From the human T2T-CHM13v2.0 reference genome, Homo sapiens: a stretch of DNA of 64,000 bases. The stretch lies in the NCBI RefSeq assembly GCF_009914755.1, contig NC_060931.1. One strand, written 5' to 3'. Positions within the stretch are counted from its first letter, which is position 1; each line of letters opens with the position of its first letter. The position numbers and the translations under genes were made by a program. A model generated the notes under the pieces. The model saw only the letters and a list, made by a program, of their open reading frames with translations, had not been told where the DNA came from and did not search any database. Shown piece by piece: positions 33,301 to 49,367 of the stretch.

Positions 33301-33532
33301 AGAAAAGGAGAGGGTAGCCCCTGCTTAGGGTGAGCTACAGGCTCCTGTTAAAGCAGTTGGCACTGGGACACAGGCAAGGGAGTGGTGGCAACAAAACATA
33401 ATCAGAATGATGGGCTTTCCTTGCTATTTATTTAACGGGCCGCGGTCAGGCAGAGGAGAAGAGGGGTCCCCATTCTTCTGACAACAGAGCTGAGCTTAAT
33501 CTGAAATTGAGGTGGAGCTGGGCACATGGGAG

Positions 33533-33888
33533 AAATAAAATCTCCCAGGAGAATTAAAGTCTGAAGGAATGACTTCCAAGTCACTGGAGGAGGGAAAATA
33601 CAAAGGAAACATCATTTCTAAACCAAAAACAGGGCCCAACCAGCATGAGGAAATCGTGCTCCTTCAGCTTCTAACTAGTATGGAAGGTGATTCATTTTTT
33701 GATGGATATGGCTTACAGGGTAAAAAAGGAACCAAGTGGCTTCTCTCAATGCTAGTGAACTGGAGGATGACCCAGCAGCCACTGCTTAAAAAGAGCAGGA
33801 CATTCCCTGCACTTTCCCTGAACTTGGTCTCTCATAGGCCTGATGTGGTCCCTCACAGGCCCCCACAAAAGGAAGTCATTACCAAAAG
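33533..33888 (+). repeat. Copy A of a ~356-bp direct duplication of non-repeat-looking DNA
   Basis: Aligns colinearly to 34472-34763 plus 35381-35470. Confidence 0.9.
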
Positions 33889-34471
33889 CAGAACTACCAT
33901 TTGACCCAGCAAAAAAATAAATTGTTCTACCCAATTGTTCTATTGAAAAGCCACCCGCACTAGCATGTTTATTGCAGCATTATTCACAGTAGCAAAGACA
34001 TGAAATCCAGACAGATGAAATCAACAGTGGATTGGGTAAAGAAAATGTGGTGCATAGACACCATGGAATACTATGCAGCCATAAAAAAGAAGGAAATCGT
34101 GTCCTCGGCAGCAACATGGAAGCAGCTGGAGGCTATCATCCTAAGCAAGTTGATGCATAAACAGAAAACCAAATACTGCATGTTCTGATGTATACATGGA
34201 GCTCAAGTATTGGGTACACGCAGACATGAAGATGGGAACAACAGACAGTGGGGACTACTAGAGGGAGGATGTAGGGAGGAAGGCAAGGGTTAAAAAGCTA
34301 CCTATTGGGTGCTATGCTCATTACCTGGGTGACAGGATCAATCGTACCCCAATATCACACAATATACCCTTGTAATATATACTCATTATCACACAATATA
34401 CCCTTGTAACAAACTGGCATATGTACCCCCTTGAATCTAAAATAAAAGTTGAAATTATTTTTTAAATTAAA
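33889..34471 (+). mobile_element. L1PA15-16/L1PREC2-like 3' fragment
   Basis: CAGAACTACCATTTGACCCAGC...ACCATGGAATACTATGCAGCC...GAATCTAAAATAAAAGTTGAAATT. Confidence 0.88.
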
Positions 34472-35470
<999 letters not shown>

Positions 35471-35473
35471 AGG

Positions 35474-36010
35474 CCGGGCTCGGCTTTCACGTCTCTTCCT
35501 CAGGGAAGCTTCCTTCACTGAGCACCAGGTTCCTGTCTGAGACAGCAGGACACACCTTAGCAGGGTGTCCTCCTGTGTGTCCCCAATTCTGTAAGCACCC
35601 TGCTTCGGTTCTTTTTCCAACTGACTCGATACTTAAGTGCCAATTACCATTCCCTGGCACGGGGGAGGGGCAACGATACCCCAAAAAGGGCCACTTACAA
35701 AGAAGTGAGCAGGGCTTTCCGCCGTGTTGGTCAAGCTTCAAAAGGAGCGGCCAATGGGGAAAAGAGGTCATTTTCAGTTTTCTGTGCCAAAGACAAGCAG
35801 CTAGACGGAAAGATCACACACAGCTCGGTCTCTGAAGACTGATAATTCCACGTGTATTCTATTTTAAAGCGAAGCCCTTGGCGCTACCTTGATGATTTTG
35901 TAGAATTTACACTGAAAGGGCATAAAATGTCACGCCATCTTGTGTGTTCCTCACTTCCATGTGCTCTTTGCGAGAAAATCAAACTCGGCTGTTTCTGAGC
36001 TCCTAGCGAG
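35474..36010. promoter_or_regulatory. CpG-retaining putative enhancer or weak promoter
   Basis: 19 CpG in ~540 bp of non-Alu DNA; CCAAT 35751-35755, E-box CACGTG 35849-35854, YY1-like CGCCATCTT 35933-35941. Confidence 0.45.
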
Positions 36011-36096
36011 TACCCACAATGTCTAAGGCTTACAATTTCAACTGTGCATATCTTCTGCAAGGCAAAAGGGTGCAGGGAAAGAAATAGCAGTGGATC

Positions 36097-36540
<444 letters not shown>

Positions 36541-36924
36541 TAGCAATGGAAAACTGTTCATGCCACCGAGATGCTTCTCTGAACCATGATTTCCCCAACT
36601 GCAAAATGAGGCTAACTCTGCCTACCTGGCAGGGGTGACATAATGACCCAATGCATAGTCTAGCCCATAGGAGTCCTTGCTCTTCCCCTCTTTGGGCCTC
36701 AGTTTCCTCACCTAGAAAGCAGCAGGGAAGGGTCAAGAAAGTAGGCAACTTCATAAGATGACCCAGCTTCAACACCCCACATTGTTAGGACTTCCTCTAA
36801 GACATATCACTGAAGGTCAGCTTTCGCTATCCCAGTGCTTTCAAGGGTTACATGGACAGGATAAAAGTTATGATCCCCAAACACATCTTCCTACACTGTA
36901 GAGATAAGAAAGAGGGCTGACATT

Positions 36925-38072
<1,148 letters not shown>

Positions 38073-38984
38073 TGAATCATTATGAAGATGAGAAGTAGAG
38101 GCACCAGAAACCCAGGAGAGCGTTCCCCAAGCTACACTGTAGACACCATCCCGAAGGTCTTCCACCAGCTAGCAAGTACTCTGTCCCAGGACCTATGCCT
38201 TCTCCAAGCAACTTCCAGCTCCACAATCCCTACTCTCATTTCTGCTAAGCTCCTCCAATGTCGGATTTCAGGTTCACGGCAAAGCAGAACGGTTCTGAAC
38301 AGGTTTGGGAATACTGAACCAAGTGCTGCTGTCTGTGCCTATCAATGTAGCTCTTCTTTCTTTGTCGTGGGAACTTCCATCCACACACAGCTGCTTAACG
38401 GGGACTGGGCTTGTCAATGAGATGCCTGTGATCCCAATGTGTTTCTCTCATCTAATTAGTTTGGTCAAAGAGAGAATGTAGTGTTTCCAGGGACTAGAAG
38501 ACTTACCTTAATCTTCCCTTCACTCAACATTCTGTCCTCTGCTTGCCTAGAATGCATGTAACTCCACTCCTGAGCTTAGCATATCACATAACAATTAGTT
38601 TAAATGTCTGGCTTCCCCACTGGGTTGAGAGCTCCTCACCGGGTTTCTCTGGGGTGATAAAATGTGTTCTATAACTGAATCACAGTGATGTGTGCACAGC
38701 TCCGTAAGATTATGAAAAATCATTGAACTGTACACTTAATGCAGGTAATTTGATGGTATATAAACTATTCCTCAATAAAGTTATTTTTAAAAATACTCCA
38801 GCATTCATTGGTGCATGGCTGTGGGCAAATTACTCTCTGAGCCTCAGTTTCCTTATCTGTAAACTGGAACAACAATAACTGATGTTGTACAATAGTTGCA
38901 AGGTTTAAGTAAAGGTGACGATGGAAAGAAGGTGCTTAATGCAGGGCCTGGAATACAGCAAGCACTCCACAAGTGTTGGCTGCC

Positions 38985-39311
38985 TTATTTATATATTTAT
39001 TTATTTATTTATTTATTTATTTATTGAGACAAGGTCTTGCTCTATAGTCCAGGCTGGAGTGCACTGATGCAATCATAGCTCACTGCAACCTCAACCTCCT
39101 GGGTTTACATGATCCTCCCACCTCAGCCTCCTGAGTAGCTGGGACTACAGGCACATGCCACCATGCCTGGCAATTTTTTTTTTTTTTGTAGAGATGTTGG
39201 TGGTGGGGGGCGGGGATCTCACTATGTTGTCCAGGCTGGTCTTGAACTCCTGGGCTCAAGTGATCCTCCTGAAGTGCTAGAATTACAGGTATGGGCCACC
39301 ACACCCAGCCC
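38985..39311 (-). mobile_element. AluJ with (TTTA)n tail
   Basis: Antisense Alu. Confidence 0.9.
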
Positions 39312-39393
39312 ATTTTTAATTATTATTATTTGTCCAGCACTAAAGATACAATCAGGGAAAAGGGAAAAACGAACATGGAAGAAAAGCTGGGTG

Positions 39394-41082
39394 CTGTGGG
39401 AGGCAGAAAAAAGCCTCTCCAAAGATGACCATGTCCTGGTCCCCAGAACCTGTGAATCTGTTACCTCAGATAACAAAGAGACTTTGCAGATGTAAAAAGA
39501 GATCTTGAGATGGGGGTATTATCCTGTTTTATCTGGGTGAGCCCAATGTAATCACAAAGGCTCTTAAAAAGATGGAAGAGGAAAGCAGAGCATGGTGGCT
39601 CATGCCTGTAATCCCAGCACTTGGGAGGCTGAGGCAAGAGGATCGCTTACCATTTGACCCAACAATCCTATTACTGGGTGTGTACCCAAATGATTATAAA
39701 TCATTCTACTATAAAGACACATGCACACGTATGTTTACTGCAGCACTATTTACAATGGGAAAGACTTGGAACCAATCCAAATGCCCATCAATGATAAACT
39801 GGAAACAGAAAATATGGCATATATACACCATGGAATACTATGCAGCCATAAAGAAGAATGAGTTCATGTCCTTTGCAGGGACACAGATGAAGCTGGAAAC
39901 CATCATTCTCAGCCAACTAACACAGGAACAGAAAACCAAACACCGCATGTTCTCACTCATAAGTGGAAGTTGAACAATGAGAACACATGGACACAGGGAG
40001 GGGAACATCACACACCGGGGCCTGTCGGAGGGTGGGGAGCAAGGGGAAGGAGAGCATTAGGACAAATACATAATGCATTTGCAGGGCTTAAAACCTAGAT
40101 GACAGGGGCCGGGCACAGTGGCTCATACCTGTAATCTCAGCACTTTGGGAGGCTGAGCCGCGCGGATCATGAGGTCAGGAGATCGAGACCATCCTGGCTA
40201 ACAGGGTGAAACCCCGTCTCTACAAAAATACAAAAAATTAGCTGGGCGTGGTGGTGGGCGCCTGTAGTTCCAGCTACTCAGGAGGCTGAGGCAGGGGAAT
40301 GGCGTGAACCCACGAGGCAGAGCTTGCAGTGAGCCGAGACTGCACCACTGCACTCCAGCCTGGGCAACAGAGCAAGACTCCGTCTCAAAAAACAAAAACA
40401 AAAACAAAAAACAAAACCTAGATGACAGGTTGATAGGTGCAGCAAACCACCATGGCACATGTATACCTAGGTAACAAACCTGCACGTTCTGCACATGTAT
40501 CCCAGAACTTAAAGTAAAATTTTAAAAATATTTTAAAAACAGATCAGCCTGGGCAATGTGGCGAAACTCTGTCTCTACAATAGATACTAAAAAAAAAAAA
40601 AAAAAAAAAAAATTAGCTGGGTGTGGTAGCATACACCTGCAGTTCCACCTACTTGGGAGGCTGAAGTGGGAGGATCACCTGAGCCCAGGTAGGTCAAGGC
40701 TGCAGTGAGTCATGATCACGCCGCTGCACCCCAGCCTGGGCAAAAGAGTGAGGCCCTGTCTTGAGAAAAAAAAAAAAAGATGGAAGAGGACAGTAGGAGA
40801 GTCAGAGAGAGAGATCTGAAGATGCTCCACTGCTGCCTTTGAAGATGGAAGAGGAGATATGAGCTAAGGAATGCAGGCAGACTCTATAGAAGTTCGACAA
40901 AGCAAGGAAACAGATTCTGCCCCAGCATCTCCAAAGGAATGTAGCCCTGATAATATCCCTATTTTATCCCAGTAAGATGCATTCCAAACTCCGACCTCCA
41001 GAATTGAAAGATAATAAATTCGTATTCTGTTAAGCCGCTAAGTTAGTGATAATTGGTTACAGCAACCACAGAAAACTAATAT
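39394..41082 (+). mobile_element. MLT1C/D-type LTR hosting nested AluJ, L1PA7/8 and AluY/Sc
   Basis: CCCCAGAACCTGTGAAT.TGTTACC...GACTTTGCAGATGT and CCTCCAGAATTGAAAGATAATAAATT...GAAAACTAATA; Alu TSD AAAAAGATGGAAGAGGA. Confidence 0.85.
39648..40535 (+). mobile_element. L1PA7/8-like 3' fragment split by AluY/Sc (40107-40412)
   Basis: ORF2 end in ORF 39572-39973; Alu TSD AAAACCTAGATGACAGG. Confidence 0.9.
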
Positions 41083-41087
41083 AGGCA

Positions 41088-42054
41088 CAGTCGTTTCCCC
41101 ATCACCCACAGCGTCACTTTCTGCAGTTTCAGTTACCTGAGTTCAACCACATTCCAAAAATATCAGATGGAAAATTCCAGAAATAAAAAATTCATCAGTT
41201 TTCATGTGCATGCCATTCCAAGGAGCGTGATGAAATCTTATACCATCCCAAACTGCCCCACCTGGGGGCATGAATCGTGCCTTTGTGTAGCCTAGCCACA
41301 CTGTCTACACTACCAGTCTGTCAGTCACTCAGTAGCTGACTGAGCTATCAGATCAACTGTTGCAGTACACGCTTTTTTTTTTTAATTTTTATTTTAAGTT
41401 CTGGTGTACATGCACAGGATGTGCAGGTTTGTTACATAGGTAAACATGCACCATGGTGGTTTGCTGCATCTATCAACCCACCACTTAGGTATTAAGCCCA
41501 GCAGGCATTAGCTATTTTTCCTAATGCTCTCCCTCCCCCAACGCCCCTGTCCAACAGGCCCCAGTGTGTGTTGTTCCCTTTCCTGTGTCCATGTGTTCTC
41601 ATTGTTCAGCTTCCACTTACAAGTGAGAACATGCAGTGTTTGGTTTTCTGTTACTGCATTAGACTGCTGAGGATAACGGCTTCCAGCTCCATCCATGTCT
41701 CTGCAAAGGACAGGATCTCATTCTTTTTTATGGCTTCATAGTATTCCATGGTATATGTACCACATTTTCTTTATCTAGTCTATCACTGATGGGCATTTGG
41801 GTTGATTCCATGTCTTTGCTGTTGTGAATAGTGCTGCAATGAACATACATGTGCATGTATCTTTGTAACAGAATGATATTTTATTGCTATTGTTGTTAGT
41901 CTCTCACTGTGCCTAATTTATAAATGAAACTTTCTCATACGTAGGTACCTATAGGAAAAGATGTACTAGGTACAGAGCTCAGTGCTATCCGTGATTTCAG
42001 GCATCCACTGGGGGTCTTGGAACTCCTCCCTTGCTGATAACCCCACCCTTACTG
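41088..42054 (+). mobile_element. MER44 (Tigger7-derived) split by antisense L1PA 3' fragment (41372-41875)
   Basis: GTTTCAGTTACC...GGAAAATTCCAGAAATAAA and TTTCAGGCATCCACTGGGGGTCTTGGAAC. Confidence 0.85.
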
Positions 42055-42709
42055 TACCATGCTGTGGAATGCCTGGGCTGTCAGGGTAAGAGTAGACTAA
42101 GGAAAAGAGTGATCAACTAGAGCTATATTTTTTGTAAAATCAATTTGTTTAGCAGCATGTAAGTTGCACTGGGGGGCAGGAGAGAGGCAGCAAGTGTCAG
42201 AAAAGACGCTGTTGTCTTGGACAAGACAGTGCATTGAGAAGGAGCCTGACAGGTGTGAAATGTGTGTTGGGATATTGGATGCATAAAACATATGCAACTT
42301 GGAGATCCCCTACAGGCTGGGGCCAAAGGAGAAGGGTCAAAGAAGACAAAAGGCTGGCTCATGGGAATCACAGTGACACCATTCTAGGGGTCAGACGAAA
42401 CTGCCTCAGCAGGGGGAGCAGAGAGGATGTAGGAGCATGCATCAGCTCCGGCAAGGGGTTTAGATTTGGGCCAAGAGCTTAGAACTGCAGTCAGAACTAA
42501 AGATCCCATTGTAGAACCGTCATCGCAGAGGTGAAAGCCAAAAGTAATCCAGGTCCGGGAAGAAGACAACTAATTGAACAACTGCATTGTACGTGATAAT
42601 ACTATTTACAATAGCCAAGCATTGGAGAGAAACAAAAATCCAACAAATAAGAGATGGTTAAATAAGTTATTGTCACTTCATGCAATGGACTCGTAGAAAG
42701 CTTTCAAAA

Positions 42710-43015
42710 AAATTTTTTTTTAATTTATTTTTTGAGACGGAGTCTCACTCTGTTGCCCAGGCTGTAGTGCAGTGGCACCATCTTGGCTCACTACAACCTC
42801 CGCTTCCCAGGTACAAGCGATTCTCCTGCCTCAGCCTCCCAAACAGCTGGGATTACAAGCACCTGCCACCATGCCTGGCTAATTATTATATTTTTAGTAC
42901 AGACAGGGTTTCGCCATGTTGGCCAGGCTGGTCTTGAACTCCTGGCCTCAGGTGATCTGCCCATCTTGGCCTCCCAAAGTGCTGTGATTACAGGCATGAG
43001 CCACCACACCTGGCT
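42710..43015 (-). mobile_element. AluS within an ancient L1ME fragment (~42590-43295)
   Basis: Antisense Alu; flanks TATTTACAATAGCCAAG and AAAGACTGGAAGGAAA. Confidence 0.88.
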
Positions 43016-43689
43016 TAAAAAGTATTTTTTAAAGAATAGTTAATGGTTTAGGAAACATATGATATATTGAAATTTTTTTAATACAACATAAAAAGCCAAA
43101 TTCCTTTAAAAGACTGGAAGGAAACAACAGACTTTAACACTATCTATATTGGGTATAGTGATGACAGTGACACCTTCTTCTTCATAATTTGCTATATTTT
43201 TAATTTAGCATAAATTAGCATGTTTAGCATGTAACATGTTTAGCATGTTTCCATAACATGGAAACACAGTTTTCAATAATATGCATATAATTTTATTGCA
43301 CCTGTTTAAAACCTTTGGCTTTATTAAGTTCTTTCTCTGATTGTTGATGAAAAAGTTTAGTTCCTTTATTTTGGTCACAAGGGACTGTTTTTCGTCACTA
43401 TTTTTACTGTTTGACTTCTTGATACAATAAAGATCATTCTGTAAAAAGGAAAAAAAAAAAAAAAGAAGGCACTGTGGAGAAAGGCATGGAGGAGATCATT
43501 TGAGTAAAGGACCCACTGCAGGGTTGGAAGGAGGAAAAAAAGCAACCCCAAGGACAGAATAAGAGCCAAAGGAGAAGACGGTCTCGGGGAGTTGCCTGTG
43601 ACCCTCAGTGGGATGGAGAGTTAAGGGGCTAAGGGGAGAAGAGAAGGCAGTGTTCACAAAGAGATGTTTCCTTTCAAGAGATAGAAAAA

Positions 43690-44301
<612 letters not shown>

Positions 44302-44619
44302 CTAGAAAAAGAGAAACAAAGAGGAAACATAACAATAGAAAGACACACTGATGTTTACAAGGAAACAGTAAGGTTGAGAAGAGTTTGCCATGGACAGTTT
44401 CAATCTTTTACCACAAAGATAGAGGCAGTTTGCAGGTAATTACAAGGTAAAGCAGGATTAGAACCCTACAGAGCACAGAGAAAAGCTGCGATCTCTGCTT
44501 TGGATGTCAACAAGAGAAGACAAGAAACTTCCCCGGGAGCCCAGCCAAGATTAGACTCTGCCTAGATTCCTCCAGCCAGCAAAGTACCTCCCACAGTCTA
44601 GCACATATGAGGCCATTAG

Positions 44620-45000
<381 letters not shown>

Positions 45001-45242
45001 CATGAAGTCCACTTGTCTTATCTTCCTAACTTGTGGAGAACAGAGGCCATCTCTAATTTAATTTGGTATGTTCTCCAGATGCTGGATCTCGGTAGATATC
45101 CCCTAAGTACTTAATTATGGGTGGAAAGCAATGGAAGAGAAGCAATAATAGCAAATGCTTCTAGTTGCTATTGCTATAATTTCCCAACATATTGATTAAA
45201 ACTTGCTTTAAAGAAACACAACAGATAAAAACTTATAAAACA

Positions 45243-45570
45243 GACCTGGTGTGGTGGCTCATGCCTGTAATCCTACCACTTTGGGAGGCCAAGGTGAGAG
45301 AATCACTTCTGGAAGTTCAGAAGTTTGAGACCACCCTGAGCAATATAGCGAGACTCTGTCTCTGCCAAAAAAACTAAAAATTAGCCAGTCATGGTAGCAT
45401 GCTCCTGTAGTCCCAGCTACTAGGGAGGCTGAGGTGGGAGGATCACATGAGCCCAGGAGTTGGAGGCCACAGTGAGCTATGATCACACCACCGCACTCCA
45501 GCCTGGATGACACAGTGAGACTCTGTCTCAAAAATAAATAAATAAATAAATAAATAAGAAAAATAAATAA
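45243..45570 (+). mobile_element. AluJ with (TAAA)n tail
   Basis: Alu dimer. Confidence 0.9.
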
Positions 45571-46210
45571 TTTTCCAAAAAGTTCAAGCAGATCAATTAG
45601 AGTGTGTCCACGCCTTATAGAATTCCTTTAAATACTGCATTAGTATTGTCCTGGGTGCATTTTAAAAAGAATTTGCTACAGGGAAATCTACATTGAAGGC
45701 AACTCCTAAAGAAATAGCTCCACAGTGTAAAAATCATTTAACGCTAGCACAGACAGGCTTGCAAATGAAATCCTTCACAGCCCCAGCAGAAAGAGTCCCA
45801 CACACTCTGCTGTGCAGCAGAGAAGGATGTCAAAGCAGCCCGTGTTGATTAGACTGTAAAGGGCTCAGAATTCCACTCCGGGGACCTGGCACATTTCTAA
45901 ACATGTGGGAAAACTCTCCAGCATCCCCCACCCCCGCCCCCCTAACCTTGGACTCCATGACATCTCTCCCTCTGCTGTCTTATGTTGTTATTAAGCCTGT
46001 CAATCAAATCTCTGCCCCATCACCCCTTGGCCATGTAGCCCTGGAAGGCCAAGTTACAACCACTGTCCCTTTGATTCTTGCCCACCCGGTACCCCATCCT
46101 TATATACTTGTACTTGCACCCTCTGCAAAGAAAATACCCCAAGCTCCAAGGTAGCACAGAACTGCTACCTGACCAAGAACCAGCCCTGGGGTCCAAATAA
46201 CCTGATTTCA

Positions 46211-46381
<171 letters not shown>

Positions 46382-46490
46382 TCACATTCCAGTCCAATTT
46401 CTTACAAGCTGAAAACCCTCAGAAAAATCACCTAATTATTGGGATAGTGACCATCCCAACCTTGTTATTCACGCAACGTCTCTCACTTAC

Positions 46491-46557
46491 GTAAAGGCTC
46501 ATTAAGGTTGGGTATTATCATTAAGTGTTTAAGGAAGAGTTGACTTGGCTTGTAAGG
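46491..46557 (-). other. Candidate 67-nt internal exon
   Basis: Minus strand: attttatatgttctctttcag|CCTTACAAG...GCCTTTAC|gtaagtga. Confidence 0.35.
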
Positions 46558-47224
46558 CTGAAAGAGAACATATAAAATACTCAAAGTCGAAATTCTCAGT
46601 GTTCAGAGCCACTCATCAAGCCCACCCGCCCTCTGAATCAACTGCAGAAGAAACCAATAAAATGGGATGGTCTCTCATCGAGCAAGTTCTACTGACAACA
46701 GTCAATATGGAGGCTCAAATATGTTCGTTAAACCAGGAAATCAGTGAGAAAAACCTGCCCATAGAGATAGCAGCAAAGACCCAAGGAGAACCTCAAGTCC
46801 TGCCATTCATTGGCATGCCTGAAAAAGTTCAGGGTTGCAGAATTTTTTTCCTCTTGCATCGTGGTGGAAAACGCCAGGCTCATCGCAAAAATCAAATTAT
46901 CCCTACAATATGTGATAATTAATGGTTGGATTATCTGAACCAAATGACATCCCAGAGCAAACTGTGCTAACTGTTGGGAGGAGGAAATAAATGTGTCATT
47001 GATTTTCAGCTTTAATGATATAGTACAGGTATTTGTGACTATCTGTCACATGGAAAAGACTCAAGACATGTTGGTTATTATTATTTCATAAGCAATGTTC
47101 ATGGTCTTTGGCCAAGGGATAGATTTGTGTCCTAGGACACCTCCCCATACTGGGAGTCTGCAGAATTTAATTGATGTGTTGAAGGAGCCTGCAGTGGGAG
47201 GTGAAGTCTGACCTAGTTGGGAAC

Positions 47225-47537
47225 TTTTTTTTTTCTATTTTTATTTTTTTTTTTTTGAGATGGAGTTTCCCTCTTGTTGCCCAAGTTGGAATGCAATGGT
47301 GCAATCTCAGCTCACTGCAACCTCTCCTCCTGGGTTCAAGCAATTGTCCTGCCTCAGCCTCCCGAGTAGCTGAGATTACAGGCATGTGCCACCACACCTG
47401 GCTAATTTTCTATTTTTAGTAGAGACGGCGTTTCACCAAGTTAGCCAGGCTGGTCTCAAACTCCTGACCTCAGGTGATCTGCCCGGCTCAGCCTCCCAAA
47501 GTGCTAGGATTACAGGCATGAGCCACTACACCTGGCC
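47225..47537 (-). mobile_element. AluSq/Sx-like
   Basis: Antisense Alu. Confidence 0.92.
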
Positions 47538-48596
47538 CTGGGGAATTCTTATTATACCGGTAAGGGAAGATCAAATGGATTTGAGGCATCACTAAACTGC
47601 AACATCACAAACATCTGCTGCTCTGAATCCCACCCCCATGGCCAGAAGCTGAAATTGGGAGGTCCTTATTCCAGATAAGGGAGACAGGGAGAGACGACAG
47701 GGCCAAAGAAGTAGACTGCACCTGTCACTGAGCAGAGGACTAGAGAGAGCAGCAGACCAGGAGAGGCAGAGACAGGCACAGAAGCCACAGCGAGGGCCAG
47801 GAGACAGAAGCAGAAAAATGCATTAAACCAAGGAGAGTCTTCACTGCCTGTTAGAGCATTTCAGGTTGGCTTTTTAAGGTTCTTGGGGCTGAGTTCTGGG
47901 AGGGCTGGTTTCACTCAAGAACCATCAGCCCTTACTGAGTCCTCCCTCTCTTAGGAGTTCCCCAAAATGACCAACACAAAAGCAAGACAGAGAGAAACCC
48001 TTCCTTCTTCTAGCCCCTTCACAAATCCAGAGTTTCTCTGGCTACTCAAGAGGAAATCTATAAGGTGAGATTGCAGACATCAAGGGAATGAGGCATGTTT
48101 AACAAGGAGTGCCCCAGAAATGTTACCATGGAAAATGGAAGTGCCTGCAACATCATGGCTCTTTCTGCCTGGCACTGTTGACAGCAAATGCATAAAGGAC
48201 AAGGGTTTTGGCAAGTTGATGAATGTATAAATCTAGCATCTTGAAGGACTCCAAAAACAGAGGTGGCATTCAGAAGCTTGTGAAGGTAATGACCCACAAA
48301 ACAAGGAAGCCCTACAGAAGACAGCCGGGTTCACCAAAGCTCCAGGTGACAGCTAATTGTTCAGGGTCTGCAGGTGTTCACCTTGGGAAACATTGCAATT
48401 GTTGCTCAGGAATAATACTCTTAAATGAAAAATTCACAAAAGGAAATCAGTATTCTATGATAGTTACAAGAGCACATCAAAATTAAGTTTTAATATTTCC
48501 ATTTTTTTCTTTGATTTTTAAATTTTAACTGGAGTCTTCTCCATCCAGAGAAACAAATGTCTATGAGAATGAGTTGCAAAGAGACTGAGCTGCTGG

Positions 48597-48752
48597 CTTT
48601 ATTCCCTAGAAATTCATGGTATAATGAATTTATTTCCTAGAAATTTATTGAATGAATTATTTAATGAGTATAATTTATTATTTAATGATTTTTTTATTTA
48701 ATGAATTTATTCCCTAGCAACACTTTATTCCCTAGAAATTCATGGAATAATG
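48597..48752. repeat. Complex AT-rich patchwork repeat
   Basis: TTTATTCCCTAGAAATTCATGG.ATAATGA at both ends with partial copies between. Confidence 0.85.
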
Positions 48753-48758
48753 AGTGTC

Positions 48759-49133
48759 TGATATGGTTTGACTGTGTCCCCACCCAAATCTCATCTTGAA
48801 CTGTAGTTCTTGTAATCCCTACATGTCATGGGAGGGACCCAGTGGGAGGTAATTGAATCACAGGGGGGTTAGCTCCATGTTGTTCTCATGATAGTGAGTG
48901 AGTTCTCACAAGTTCTGATGGTTTTTTAAGGGGCTTTTCCCCTCTTTGCTCTGCACCTCTATTTGCTGCCGCCACGTGAAGAAGGGCATGTTTGCTTCCC
49001 CTTCCACCATGATTGTAAGTTTCCTGAGACCTCCTCAGCCCTGTAGAACTGTAAGTCAATTAAACCTCTTTCCTTTGTAAATTACCCAGTCTCAGGTATG
49101 TCTTTATTAGCAGCATGAGAACAGGCTAATACA
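48759..49133 (+). mobile_element. THE1 (C/D-like) solo LTR
   Basis: TGATATGGTTTG.CTGTGTCCCCACCCAAATCTC...CTAATACA; perfect TSD GTGTC. Confidence 0.93.
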
Positions 49134-49367
49134 GTGTCATAGAAAAAGAAAAGATTGTGACAAGACAGAGACCCAGACCTCTCATGATCAGACATCCCCC
49201 ACTAATGTGGACAAAGCTAGGAAGCAGGAGAGAGGGCCCTCAGACTCTTGCCCCACCTTAAACAGCCTGACTCTTCACACTAATCTGTGCCTTTACAGCC
49301 AGTAAGATGTTGTACTCCGTGACTTCTAAAATACCTCCTGGTGCTTTCTATTCAAATATTCTGTGAT

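Noticed and set aside
38082-38420. 112-aa ATG ORF in non-Alu DNA
   Set aside because: No recognisable protein similarity or promoter/poly(A) context.
46545-46922. 125-aa ORF in unique sequence
   Set aside because: Starts at TTG, has no recognisable homology and no convincing splice boundaries; length is within chance.
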